Positions 28,794-39,129 of a stretch of 63,964 nt of DNA are shown piece by piece (positions within the stretch are counted from its first letter, which is position 1; each line of letters begins with the position of its first letter). The stretch covers positions 1 through 63,964 of the forward strand of contig JACPGG010000094.1 of assembly GCA_016182545.1 (NCBI GenBank), read 5' to 3'. The notes under the pieces were generated by a model. The model was given only the letters and a program-made list of their open reading frames with translations. It ran no database searches and was not told the origin of the DNA. The DNA comes from Ignavibacteriales bacterium (GTDB taxonomy: Bacteria; Bacteroidota; Ignavibacteria; UBA10030; UBA8401). Position numbers and translations under genes: made by a program.

Positions 28794-31601
28794 ATGAAGC
28801 ACCGCATCGTCATCCTTCTATTAGCTCTTCCTTTCGTTCTCCTCGCTGGTACAACAGGCAAGATCAAAGGCCGTGTCGTTGATAAATCAGGCAACGAGCC
28901 GCTCATTAATGCTACGGTCTTTATCGTCGGGACTCATTTTGGAACGGTCACCGATCTCAACGGCGATTATGTCATTTTGAATATTCCTGCCGGAACGTAT
29001 CAGATCCGTTTTTCATTCCTCGGATTCCAGACGACAAATGTGACCGACGTAAAAGTGACCCCCGATCTGACAACAGAGATCAATGCTTCGTTGCTGACAG
29101 AAGGAATAGAGATGGGTGAGGTTACGATCATTGCGGAGCGCAAAGCGTTTCAAAAAGATGCAACAGCCACGCTCACGACGATTGATGAACAGCAAATCCG
29201 CTCGCTACCCATCAACAATTTTACACAAGCGTTGGTACTTGTGACCGGATTTGTGAACAGCAACAACGGCAGCGGCGATGACGGCATCCATCTACGCGGC
29301 GGACGATCCGGCGAGGTGACATATCTGGTTGACGGGGTGCGCGTTGATGATCCCATTTATGGCGGACTTGCCATCGATCTGCCCCGGTCTGGCGTTTCAT
29401 CGCTGACGGTGATGAGCGGAACGTTCAATGCCGAATACGGTCAGGCACAGTCCGGCGTCGTGAATATTACCACACCGGAAGGTACTTCACAGTACCAAGG
29501 TTCTATCCGGTTCGGTACAGATAATTTCGGGATAGAATCAAATTCATGGAAGACTTACAGAAAAGAATTCACGGTCGGCGGACCGATCCCGTTTATTTTC
29601 ACTGATAACGATGCGTTGAATATTTTTGTGAGCGGCGATCATCTGAGTACGCAGACATACCTGAACAAGGTGCAAGGTCCACAGTACACCACAGAGAGCG
29701 GAAAAAAGGTTCAGCATGATTTTGATTTCGGATTGTACGACCGCAAGCAACGGTTCACAGGGAAGGCAACCTCACGGATCCTTTCAACCGTGAAGGCCAA
29801 CGCCGGATTTTCATACTCACTCCGGAATTGGAGGGAGTACGACCATTACTTTAAACAATATCCGGAATATAATGACAAACAGCAGTTGGAAGGAGAATTG
29901 TATTCTACCGCCATTACTTATACACCGAACGCTTCGACATTTTACGAACTGAAATTTTCATACTTCGCCAAGCAGGGATACACTTACACATTCGATGAGG
30001 ATCTGAAAGAGAAGGATATCACAAAACGGTTCCGCAGGATTTTTTATCCTGTCAGCGATGCTGCGGCATTTGACGGGATCTCGAATTATGAATTTGCCGG
30101 ATTCTATGCACAACCTCTGTTGTTCAGTGATGTCCGGTTGTACGGCCATCGCACACTCGGTGCAGATCTTACCGACAGCGCCGGCACGGTGATTGCGAAA
30201 AAGGGAGAGCTGCTTACCGATGCTCTCATGACTCAATTGCAGGGGCAGAACATCGACCGCGCCATTGTCATGGTACCGTCCGTCGATAATTATTTTGAGG
30301 ATAGCAAAACAAAGACAAGGACGCTGATCGGAAATTTCACGAGTCAAGTCGACAAGAATAATTTGGTGAAAGCGGGCTTTGAAGTAAAATTCCACACGAT
30401 CAATAATTTTTGGATCAACGGCATCAACACCTATTGGGACCATGTTGACCAGTCGTACGAATTCTGGAAACGACACGATCAGGTCACGTCGTACGAATTC
30501 AGTCCGATGCAATTGGCTGCGTATGTTCAGGATAAAATCGAGTATGAGGATATCATCCTGAATCTCGGGATTCGATTTGATTATCTTGACAGCAAAGCCC
30601 CCGACGTTTACGCAGTTATCAATAATCCGACCAATACGCAGATTCCGCAGGGAAAAGTAAAGCCGAAGATGCATGTCAGCCCGCGCGTCGGATTTGCGCA
30701 TCCGATCACAGAAAAGATCAAGTTCAGATTCTCCTACGGGCAGTTCTATCAATATCCTGATTTCAATTTCCTGTACCGGCGCTTTAATCAATTTGATCCG
30801 CAGTATCCGTATCCGAATCTTGGCCAGGGATACGAGCCATCCATCGGCAATCCGAATTTAAAACCGGAAGTGACGCATGCGTACGAATTCGGGGGAGAGT
30901 TCGAATTGATGGAATATCTCACCGGAAGCCTGACACTGTTCTATAAAGACACGTACGATTATATCTCAACAAGCCGCGTTGATATCCGTCCGTATGCATA
31001 CACACAGATCGTCAATCTCGATTATGCCAATACGCGCGGTGTTGAAATTTCGGTACGAAAACGGCTCTCGGATAATTATTCATTCCAGGTCAACTATACG
31101 TATTCCCGCGCCGAAGGAAATGCTGACTACTGGCAAAGTCACGCCGACGAAGCGTACCTCGCATCGGTGTACGGTATTGTAGCCCCGAAAAAGACCGTGA
31201 CACTCGGTTGGGACCAACCTCACACACTTAATTTTACAAGCACCGTCTCATATACGTCGTGGGGAGTAAGCCTCATCGGTCAGTTCGGGAGCGGCTTACC
31301 GTACACACCGGCAGATGCACGCGGAAAACCGATCGGCGAACGGAACAGCGGCCGTCAGCCGTGGACCGGTTCCATTGATGCCCGGATATACAGACAGTTT
31401 CGCGTTGAGCCGGTCACGTTTCTTATATATTCAGATGTTGACAATCTGTTCGACCGCAGGAATGTGTATAATGTATTCAGCAGTACAGGACGTCCTGATT
31501 TCTCAGCCAATCCGAATACCAGCACGGAAAATTCGCATATCCCGAATTGGTTCGGTCCTCCTCGCCATGTTGAACTCGGCGTTGAAGTTAATTTTGAATA
31601 A
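28794..31601 (+). CDS. TonB-dependent receptor-like outer-membrane protein with CarboxypepD_reg N-domain
   Basis: It has a signal peptide, GKIKGRVVD...TDLNGDYVILNIPAGTY (CarboxypepD_reg-like), a plug block (IHLRGGRSGEVTYLVDGVRV), and a long beta-barrel. Confidence 0.8.
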   Translation: MKHRIVILLLALPFVLLAGTTGKIKGRVVDKSGNEPLINATVFIVGTHFGTVTDLNGDYVILNIPAGTYQIRFSFLGFQTTNVTDVKVTPDLTTEINASLLTEGIEMGEVTIIAERKAFQKDATATLTTIDEQQIRSLPINNFTQALVLVTGFVNSNNGSGDDGIHLRGGRSGEVTYLVDGVRVDDPIYGGLAIDLPRSGVSSLTVMSGTFNAEYGQAQSGVVNITTPEGTSQYQGSIRFGTDNFGIESNSWKTYRKEFTVGGPIPFIFTDNDALNIFVSGDHLSTQTYLNKVQGPQYTTESGKKVQHDFDFGLYDRKQRFTGKATSRILSTVKANAGFSYSLRNWREYDHYFKQYPEYNDKQQLEGELYSTAITYTPNASTFYELKFSYFAKQGYTYTFDEDLKEKDITKRFRRIFYPVSDAAAFDGISNYEFAGFYAQPLLFSDVRLYGHRTLGADLTDSAGTVIAKKGELLTDALMTQLQGQNIDRAIVMVPSVDNYFEDSKTKTRTLIGNFTSQVDKNNLVKAGFEVKFHTINNFWINGINTYWDHVDQSYEFWKRHDQVTSYEFSPMQLAAYVQDKIEYEDIILNLGIRFDYLDSKAPDVYAVINNPTNTQIPQGKVKPKMHVSPRVGFAHPITEKIKFRFSYGQFYQYPDFNFLYRRFNQFDPQYPYPNLGQGYEPSIGNPNLKPEVTHAYEFGGEFELMEYLTGSLTLFYKDTYDYISTSRVDIRPYAYTQIVNLDYANTRGVEISVRKRLSDNYSFQVNYTYSRAEGNADYWQSHADEAYLASVYGIVAPKKTVTLGWDQPHTLNFTSTVSYTSWGVSLIGQFGSGLPYTPADARGKPIGERNSGRQPWTGSIDARIYRQFRVEPVTFLIYSDVDNLFDRRNVYNVFSSTGRPDFSANPNTSTENSHIPNWFGPPRHVELGVEVNFE

Positions 31602-31617
31602 TCGTTAGGGAGAATTC

Positions 31618-34602
31618 ATGCGAACGTTACGATTACTATTACTTTTCTGTATTCCCCTTGTTTTGTTGTCACAAGACATAAAAAAAATGGACAAGTGGGA
31701 ATTCTACAACAATGTTCTTGCTCCTCAGCGGGGGTATAAACCGCTCCCGCCCCGTTTTCCGAAATCGACCGGAGTCGCTGACCGGAAATTGTCCGTTATG
31801 GATGTGGGAAATGTCTGGGCTCGCATCTCGAATGCTGCCACATTGGGATACGACCGGTGGGGACTTTGTTATGAATTTCCTGCAAAGTCCGGCTTCACAT
31901 ATCGATGGACGATGGCGCCGTTGATCGGAGCAAAAAAATCAAGCGGAACAAAGTATGTTGCCAGCGGCACGCGCGGCGCAGCGCGGTTCAGTGAAGAAGA
32001 GTTTCAGCCGCTGAAAGGATTTGATGCCGGTGTTGAAAATACCCTGACGAATATCGGAGTTGCGTTCAGCGATAAACCCGCAAGTTGGCCGCAACAATGG
32101 CCCAATACGCAGCCGATCTCTTCTCTTCCGCCTCCGGCACGAAAACTGACTGCGGCAGGATTAACATATACTCAGCCGCCGGTGGGACCGAGCGGATTTC
32201 CGGGGGTTGTGAATGGCGATGTCCGGGCGACACGCGAAGCGTACTTTGTTGTTACCGATAACGATACAACGGACGGCAACAAACCGAACCCAATGGACAT
32301 CCGTGTGGATATGTGGGCGTTGCAGTGGGATGACATTCTGAATCAAAATTTTATCGTGTATAAGATGATCCTGACAAACGTCGGCACTGATACATTGCAT
32401 GATGTGTACATTGGCATGCATGATGATCCCGATTGTCCTGAACAAGGTGGTGCAGAGTGGACGGATGACTATGCCGCATTTATTTCTCCCAGTACAGATG
32501 TGCAGGGATATGATGCCAAACAGGATACGTTGCTATGGAACTTTACCTATCTATGGGATGGTGACGATAAAGTTGAAGGGCTGATCGCCAAGAATGTTGG
32601 GTGGGTTGGATTGAAATTTTTAGAAACACCGAACGATCCCAACACCGGCAAACCACGAGGCATTTCCACGTTTCAAGTCTTTGAATACTCCGCAGCACCT
32701 CAGTCGGAGGTGACCGAGTACGACCAATTGGCTGCCGGCATTATGGCACCGACGAATGTTTCACCCCACGCGCGAGACTGGACACAAACACCGAATTCAT
32801 ACGGACCCGATATAACATACGTTGTAGCCAGCGGACCATTTACGTTGGTTCCGGGGCAGCAATTGAATTTTGCTTTCGCCACGATCCATGCAGCGAACAA
32901 AAGCGATCTCTTCAATAATGCCATCTTCTGTCAACTGTTGTACAACGCCAATTATCAAGCTGCGGAACCTCCTCCCGAGCCGGTTGTGCGAACCTCGGTG
33001 GGTGACCGTGAAGTTGTTTTGTACTGGGATGATCGTTCGGAAAAAGGAATCTATTATAAACAAGACGGCACTGTGGATCATGTGAATGACCGGCTTACAA
33101 CGACAAATGCTTTTCAGGGTTACATGATCTTCAAAAGCACAGATAGGGGTATTACGTGGGGCGAAAAAATTACGGACGTTAAAGGAGGATTTAAATACTG
33201 GAAACCATTGGCACAGTACGATCTTAAGGACGGCGTCTCCGGTGAAAGTAAACTTGAATTGGGAAGATATTTCTGGTTGGGGGATGAAACAGGGATAAAA
33301 CATACATTTGTCGACAGAAATGTTTCAAACGGTTATGAATATTGGTATGCCGTCTGTGCATATGACGGGGATGATGTAAATATTCCGCCGCTGGTCAATT
33401 CAATAAAAGCGAGCCGCCAGCAACTTGGCGGTAATACCGTTGCGGTTGTCCCAGCTGCTCCGATAAGAGACATTACCAAAGGTAATATCAAAGGTATACC
33501 AACATTGTCTGCAGGAAGAAGTCAATCTCAGCCAAAAGTTTTTGTTATTGATTCAAAGAAAGTAACTGGGTTAGAATATAAGATCACGTTTGATACTATC
33601 ACTGCAACCGAAAAGCGTTACTCCGTCAAATACAAGTCTAATAATGTACCGGTTGTCGCTACCGGAGTGAATATCGGTGATTCTCTTGTTATGAAAAATT
33701 TTTATGATGTTGAAACCGATAATGCGGCACTGTTTGATGGGTTACGACTTGAGGTGACCGATATTGGTACAGGCATATACGACATTCAACAAATTTTACC
33801 GTCCCCTATAAAGAAAATCAAATTGCAATCATGGTATCTCTTTGATCCGGTGTTAAGCACCACAGGACTAATGGATGATTATGAAGTATTATGGGGCGAC
33901 AATGGCTTTGCAGATACTTTATGGAGTTATTCCATACCGTCGCTGGATAAAAGGCGAATTATCAAAGTACCTTTTTATATCAAAAATATTACTACCGGTA
34001 TTCGGGTTATTCCTCTCGTGGGCACAAATGGCGATTCAACTTTTGACATTGAAAAAGGAGATACATTGTTGATTTGTAATGAGCGATATGATACTATCAC
34101 CACAATTCGTCCAAAACAGATCGTAAAGTTTTTTGCTCCGCAATCTTCATTCAATTTTGGACTTATTTTTGATTCTACTTCATCCGCAAGTTCTGGAGAT
34201 AAATTCCAAATTATTACGAAACATCCCCTTACAATCAATGATGAATACTTGATTCAAACAACTAAAGAAAACATGTCAACGGTTACTGAGAAAAGCCTTG
34301 AAATTACAGCGGTTCCCAACCCGTATATTGTTAGTTCATATTATGAAACGAATAAGTACGGCATACAGAAAGAAATTCAGTTCCACCATCTGCCACCGAA
34401 ATGCACTATCCGCATTTTTAATGTTGCAGGCGATCTTGTGCGGACTTTGTTGCACGATGCAGCGTACGCATCACAGCCGACAATCGCTGTTTGGGACCTG
34501 CAAAGTTATAATGGACAGGAAGTAGCGTACGGTATCTACGTGTATCACGTTGAAGTTGAAGGGATCGGTGAATACATCGGTAAACTTGCGTTGATCAAAT
34601 AA
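31618..34602 (+). CDS. Large secreted protein with T9SS/FlgD-Ig-like C-terminal sorting domain; function unknown
   Basis: It has a signal peptide. The C-terminus reads AVPNPY...TIRIFNVAGDLVRTL...WDLQSYNGQEVAYGIYVYHVEV...GKLALIK. Confidence 0.7.
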   Translation: MRTLRLLLLFCIPLVLLSQDIKKMDKWEFYNNVLAPQRGYKPLPPRFPKSTGVADRKLSVMDVGNVWARISNAATLGYDRWGLCYEFPAKSGFTYRWTMAPLIGAKKSSGTKYVASGTRGAARFSEEEFQPLKGFDAGVENTLTNIGVAFSDKPASWPQQWPNTQPISSLPPPARKLTAAGLTYTQPPVGPSGFPGVVNGDVRATREAYFVVTDNDTTDGNKPNPMDIRVDMWALQWDDILNQNFIVYKMILTNVGTDTLHDVYIGMHDDPDCPEQGGAEWTDDYAAFISPSTDVQGYDAKQDTLLWNFTYLWDGDDKVEGLIAKNVGWVGLKFLETPNDPNTGKPRGISTFQVFEYSAAPQSEVTEYDQLAAGIMAPTNVSPHARDWTQTPNSYGPDITYVVASGPFTLVPGQQLNFAFATIHAANKSDLFNNAIFCQLLYNANYQAAEPPPEPVVRTSVGDREVVLYWDDRSEKGIYYKQDGTVDHVNDRLTTTNAFQGYMIFKSTDRGITWGEKITDVKGGFKYWKPLAQYDLKDGVSGESKLELGRYFWLGDETGIKHTFVDRNVSNGYEYWYAVCAYDGDDVNIPPLVNSIKASRQQLGGNTVAVVPAAPIRDITKGNIKGIPTLSAGRSQSQPKVFVIDSKKVTGLEYKITFDTITATEKRYSVKYKSNNVPVVATGVNIGDSLVMKNFYDVETDNAALFDGLRLEVTDIGTGIYDIQQILPSPIKKIKLQSWYLFDPVLSTTGLMDDYEVLWGDNGFADTLWSYSIPSLDKRRIIKVPFYIKNITTGIRVIPLVGTNGDSTFDIEKGDTLLICNERYDTITTIRPKQIVKFFAPQSSFNFGLIFDSTSSASSGDKFQIITKHPLTINDEYLIQTTKENMSTVTEKSLEITAVPNPYIVSSYYETNKYGIQKEIQFHHLPPKCTIRIFNVAGDLVRTLLHDAAYASQPTIAVWDLQSYNGQEVAYGIYVYHVEVEGIGEYIGKLALIK

Positions 34603-34615
34603 GGACGGAGACCCC

Positions 34616-35662
34616 ATGAGAACACAATTGAAAATCTCACTCACACTTGTTTTGATCTTCCTTACCTCCATGAGAACATTTGCCCAGTTCGACAATGTCG
34701 GCACGTCGGCAATGAACTTCCTGAAGATCGGTGTTGGCGCTCGTGGTATTGCTATGGGATCATCGCAAGTAGCGGTTGTAAACGATGCTTCGTCTCTGTA
34801 CTGGAATCCTTCCGGTATGGCGAACATTTCAACAAATCAGGTGTTGATGTCGAACAATAATTGGATCGCTGACATTGCTCACAATTTCCTTGCAGTCACG
34901 GTTCCGGCGGGAGAATTGGGTGTCATCGGGATCAGCGTGTCGTACCTCTCTATGGGCGATATGAAAGTAACAACGTGGGATCACACGGACGGAACAGGCG
35001 AAATATTTTCATCGCACAGTGCCGCGATCGGATTCGGCTGGGCGCGTCAGATGAGCGATCGGTTTAAAGTCGGCGTGCACATCAAGTACCTGAACGAATC
35101 TGTCGCGAATTCCTCGGCGAACACATTTGCCGTCGATCTGGGAAGTCAGTACGATATCGGCTGGCTGCGTGTCGGTATGTCGATACAAAATTTCGGTCCG
35201 CAAGCAAGACTAGAAGGACGCGATCTGCAGGTCCGGTTCGACCCACTGCCCGATGTCGGTTCCAATCCGCCCGATGTCACCGCGAATTTGGAAACGCAGG
35301 AGTGGGCTTTACCGATATTGTTCCAATTGGGATTTGCAGTTACACCACTCCGTACGGATATGATGCGATGGACAACCTCGATCGATTTCCGCGATGAACG
35401 GGATTATCGCCCGCAGCTTGGGCTCGGCGGCGAGTTTGCATTCGAGGAAATGATCTTTTTACGGGGCGGGCTTAAGAACCGCGTTGTCAGCGAGATCGTG
35501 GGCATTCAACCGGAATTGGAAGAGATGTATCTTCTTTCAGCGGGAGTTGGTGTTGCGTATACGCTGCCGGCGACGGAATTCACGATTCACTTTGACTACG
35601 CATACCAGCAATTGCAATACTTCTCTAATTCTCAACTCATAACACTTCGTGTCGATTTTTAA
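34616..35662 (+). CDS. PorV/PorQ (UPF0164)-like outer-membrane beta-barrel
   Basis: It has a signal peptide and then GTSAMNFLKIGVGARGIAMGSSQVAVVNDASSLYWNPSGMA, the hallmark N-terminal block of PorV-like proteins. The C-terminal residue is F. Confidence 0.7.
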   Translation: MRTQLKISLTLVLIFLTSMRTFAQFDNVGTSAMNFLKIGVGARGIAMGSSQVAVVNDASSLYWNPSGMANISTNQVLMSNNNWIADIAHNFLAVTVPAGELGVIGISVSYLSMGDMKVTTWDHTDGTGEIFSSHSAAIGFGWARQMSDRFKVGVHIKYLNESVANSSANTFAVDLGSQYDIGWLRVGMSIQNFGPQARLEGRDLQVRFDPLPDVGSNPPDVTANLETQEWALPILFQLGFAVTPLRTDMMRWTTSIDFRDERDYRPQLGLGGEFAFEEMIFLRGGLKNRVVSEIVGIQPELEEMYLLSAGVGVAYTLPATEFTIHFDYAYQQLQYFSNSQLITLRVDF

Positions 35663-35689
35663 TCGGCAGGAACCTAAATACTACACACA

Positions 35690-37336
35690 ATGAAAAGAAG
35701 AACTTTTCTTTACACCACCACTACGGGTGTATCCGGATTGATGATCGGATGCGCATCAAGCAACGCTATCACAGTCCGCAATCAATTTGACCTTATCATA
35801 AAAAACGGCGTCGTCATCGACGGTACCGGGAAAGCGGAAATGTTCGCCGACGTCGGCATCCGCGATGGAATGATCAAAGTAATAGGGAAGATCGAGACAA
35901 TGTCGGCAGACAGGATCATCGATGCTGCCGGTCATAAAGTAGTTCCCGGATTTGTCGACATTCATACACATACCGATTCTGCAATTCTTCGTCTTCCGAC
36001 CGCCGACAGCAAATTACGGCAAGGTGTGACGACCGAAGTAGGCGGCGCCGACGGCGATTCGCGTGCACCGAGAAAAAAGAAGGAAGATGATGACGAACAA
36101 TTATACAGCGACTTCGACGGATTCTTCACTCATTTACAGCAAAAAGGATCGGCGCAGAATTTTGCTTCCATGGTCGGGCTCGGAACAATCCGTGAGATGA
36201 TAGTGGGAGAGGATGACCGCCCGGCAACACCCGACGAGATGGAAGCAATGAAGCGTGAAGTGAAAAAAGCAATTGAGCAAGGATGCTGCGGGGTTTCAAC
36301 AGGATTGGAATATACCCCCGGAAGTTTTGCATCGACCGAAGAATTGTGGGAGGTAACCAAAGCGGCTCCGCAGCCGTATCGTTTGTATGCATCTCACATG
36401 CGCAATGAAGATAACACACTGCTCGAAGCGATCGATGAAGCGATCCGCATCTGCCGCCACTCAGGCGCGCGTCTGCAGGTCTCGCACTTGAAAGCATCGT
36501 ACAAAGTGAATTGGTACAAACAGGAGATAGCATTGAAAATGCTCGACGATGCAATTGCTGAAGGGATTGAAGTGCACGCAGATCGTTATCCGTACATCGC
36601 ATACCAAACCGGCCTCGCTAACTTGTTCCCGCTTTGGTCCCGCGACGGCGGCACAGAACAATTCATGAACCGGTTGAAAGACAGAACGATTGTCGAAAAA
36701 ATTAAACCGGATACACTACGGAAGATCAACGGCCTCGGTTCGTGGGATTCGGTGATGATCACATCGACAAAATTGGAAGAGCACAAAGATTACATCGGCA
36801 AGACCATTCAACAGATCACAACGGCGCTCACTGTCGATCCGTTCGAATTCTCCGTCGATCTGATGATCAAAGAAAACGGTTCGGTCGGCATGGTCGGGTT
36901 CGGCATGGATGAAGCGGGAACTGAGATGTGCCTGCGATGGAAGAATACGATCGTTGCCTCCGACGGCGGAGCGTACTCGCCGGCGTCAAAATCAAATCCG
37001 CACCCGCGAACGTACGGAACATTCCCCCGTGCAATTGCGTACTACCAAAAAGAGCGTAATGTCTGTTCACTCCCGGAGATGATCCGCAAAATGACATCGA
37101 TGCCTGCAGAAAAGATCGGACTGAGGGATCGCGGCACGCTTGAAGTAGGAAAGGCGGCAGATGTCGTGATCTTTGATTATAACACCATCAAAGATGCCGC
37201 AACATTCTTGAATCCCCACCAGTTTACTATCGGAATGCCATATGTAATCGTGAATGGAGTGCTTGCAGTCGATGCCAACGCTATTACAGGCAAGTTACCC
37301 GGGAAAGTGTTACGCAGCAGTCAATTTTCAGTATGA
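35690..37336 (+). CDS. N-acyl-D-amino-acid deacylase (D-aminoacylase) family amidohydrolase
   Basis: It has FDLIIKNGVVIDGTG, GFVDIHTHTD, a lipoprotein/Tat-like signal, and the C-terminal beta-barrel block ADVVIFD. Confidence 0.8.
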   Translation: MKRRTFLYTTTTGVSGLMIGCASSNAITVRNQFDLIIKNGVVIDGTGKAEMFADVGIRDGMIKVIGKIETMSADRIIDAAGHKVVPGFVDIHTHTDSAILRLPTADSKLRQGVTTEVGGADGDSRAPRKKKEDDDEQLYSDFDGFFTHLQQKGSAQNFASMVGLGTIREMIVGEDDRPATPDEMEAMKREVKKAIEQGCCGVSTGLEYTPGSFASTEELWEVTKAAPQPYRLYASHMRNEDNTLLEAIDEAIRICRHSGARLQVSHLKASYKVNWYKQEIALKMLDDAIAEGIEVHADRYPYIAYQTGLANLFPLWSRDGGTEQFMNRLKDRTIVEKIKPDTLRKINGLGSWDSVMITSTKLEEHKDYIGKTIQQITTALTVDPFEFSVDLMIKENGSVGMVGFGMDEAGTEMCLRWKNTIVASDGGAYSPASKSNPHPRTYGTFPRAIAYYQKERNVCSLPEMIRKMTSMPAEKIGLRDRGTLEVGKAADVVIFDYNTIKDAATFLNPHQFTIGMPYVIVNGVLAVDANAITGKLPGKVLRSSQFSV

Positions 37337-38073
37337 AGCAATTCGTTCTTTTGATCCTCGTCGTTATTCAATTGTGCGATGCACAATCGTTCAAAGATGA
37401 ACAACTGCGTTTCCCGCGGGTGAAAACTGCGTTCAAGGAAAAATCGGACGTTGTCGATTCGCTGTTAAATAAATACATCATCCAAAGATCCGCACTCAAC
37501 ATTTTTCTTCGCGCATTCAAAAGCGAAAAAGAGTTGGAACTGTGGGGAAAGAACAAAAACGATTCGAAGTATCGATTGATCACGACGTATCCTTTCTGCG
37601 AAACATCAGGCGGTCTCGGTCCGAAACGAAAAGAAGGCGACCTGCAAATTCCCGAAGGGGTTTATAGTATCAACCATTTCAATCCCACAAGCAGTTTCTA
37701 TCTCTCGCTCGGCATCAACTATCCAAATGCATCCGATGCAATACTTGGAGTGAAAGGAAAACTGGGCGGGGAGATATACATTCATGGCGATTGCGTCACT
37801 ATCGGCTGCATTCCGATTACGGACGATCTGATGAAAGAATTGTATGTTGTTGCAGTCGAAGCCAGAAACAGCGGGCAGACCGAAATCCCCGTGCACATCT
37901 TTCCGACCCGGCTTGACCGGAACGGTCTCTCCGCGCTTCGCAAATATCTTCCTTCCGATTCGATCACGCACCTTTTTTGGAATAACCTCGAACCGATCTA
38001 TAGACAATTCGAGGAAACCCGTACTTTAAAACCTGTTGAGGTAGATTCACGAGGAAGATACTTCATTCGATAG
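37333..38073 (+). CDS. YkuD-like L,D-transpeptidase catalytic-domain protein
   Basis: It has a signal peptide and IYIHGDCVTIGCIPI (HG...C catalytic motif). The start overlaps the upstream stop (ATGA). Confidence 0.65.
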   Translation: MKQFVLLILVVIQLCDAQSFKDEQLRFPRVKTAFKEKSDVVDSLLNKYIIQRSALNIFLRAFKSEKELELWGKNKNDSKYRLITTYPFCETSGGLGPKRKEGDLQIPEGVYSINHFNPTSSFYLSLGINYPNASDAILGVKGKLGGEIYIHGDCVTIGCIPITDDLMKELYVVAVEARNSGQTEIPVHIFPTRLDRNGLSALRKYLPSDSITHLFWNNLEPIYRQFEETRTLKPVEVDSRGRYFIR

Positions 38074-38223
38074 TCACCAGCATTCGCTTCAAAAATATCC
38101 CTATTTTCAGAGGATTTCGTACAGCGATTGAAATTTTAAATTTTTTTCATTCGCTTTTTCCGGTAAAATCCGTATATTTATAATCCCAATAGTCACAACG
38201 TTTTAGAGCAAGGAGAGTTTGTC

Positions 38224-38430
38224 ATGGCAAAACAACAATCGTTTGAAGAAAAAGCAAAAAAAGCCGCAAAGGCAGTCGGTGCTGAAAAGACAGTGAAGTT
38301 TGTAGCAGCGGTAAAAACGGGAAAAGGAACGTACCGTTTCAACCAGAAATTGGTAAAGATCAGAGACGAAAAACAGGAAGAGGCAACACTTGAAGCGGAA
38401 TACAAACGGATGCTTCAGGAAGCACATTAA
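38224..38430 (+). CDS. Small basic protein, DUF4295-like (ribosomal-gene associated)
   Basis: It is 68 aa and Lys-rich (MAKQQSFEEKAKKAAKAV...KTGKGTYRFNQKLVKI). It has a strong SD (aaggagag) and lies directly upstream of rpmB. Confidence 0.5.
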   Translation: MAKQQSFEEKAKKAAKAVGAEKTVKFVAAVKTGKGTYRFNQKLVKIRDEKQEEATLEAEYKRMLQEAH

Positions 38431-38457
38431 TTTTTTAAGTAAAGAGGAAGTAGAACA

Positions 38458-38688
38458 ATGTCCAAACGATGTGAAGTTTCCGGAATAGGTCCGATGACAG
38501 GACACAACGTATCGCACGCGAACAACAGAACGAATCGCCGGTTCATGCCGAACCTGCAGAGCAAGCGTATCTGGGTTCCTGAATTGAAACGATTTATCAA
38601 CGTGAAGTTGACCTCAAAAGCGTTGAAGACCATTACAAAGAACGGAACTGCCGAACTCGCCAGCATGGTGCGCGCAGGCAAGATCTGA
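38458..38688 (+). CDS. rpmB: 50S ribosomal protein L28
   Basis: The sequence reads [34 protein letters not shown]. Confidence 0.92.
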   Translation: MSKRCEVSGIGPMTGHNVSHANNRTNRRFMPNLQSKRIWVPELKRFINVKLTSKALKTITKNGTAELASMVRAGKI

Positions 38689-38691
38689 TCG

Positions 38692-39012
38692 ATGTCCAAA
38701 AGAATCAATATACTTTCATTGTTATTGTTGGTTGTCTACGGCACGCTCACGCTGGTGGCTGTGCCGCTGCATCAGCATGCAATGAATTATGTTGATACGC
38801 CGCAGTATCATTCTGTCGTCGTTCTTCACAATGCTGATTGCGGTGTCTGTACGTTTGCGTCGCATTCGTTCGGCACATCGCTCTCAACAATCGGCGGAAT
38901 CGTGCCCCACGCACAATCCGAGACGTCGTTTTCCGAATCCACTGACCAGCACCATCCATCCCAGTTCACCAGAGAGTATCCGCACCGCGGTCCGCCCGCA
39001 TTCCTTTCGTAG
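38692..39012 (+). CDS. Hypothetical His/Cys-rich single-pass membrane protein
   Basis: It has an N-terminal TM helix, then PLHQHAM, HNADCGVCTFASHSF and DQHHP. It starts 4 nt after the rpmB stop. Confidence 0.5.
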   Translation: MSKRINILSLLLLVVYGTLTLVAVPLHQHAMNYVDTPQYHSVVVLHNADCGVCTFASHSFGTSLSTIGGIVPHAQSETSFSESTDQHHPSQFTREYPHRGPPAFLS

Positions 39013-39129
39013 TTTTTCATCCTGATTGCTGTCGACCGCAACGGCGTACACAGCCTTTGATGTTCTACTGCTACCGGATGAAGAAATACCGTTACCGATC
39101 ATTTTTTTGATTGCGAAAGGAAATTACTC

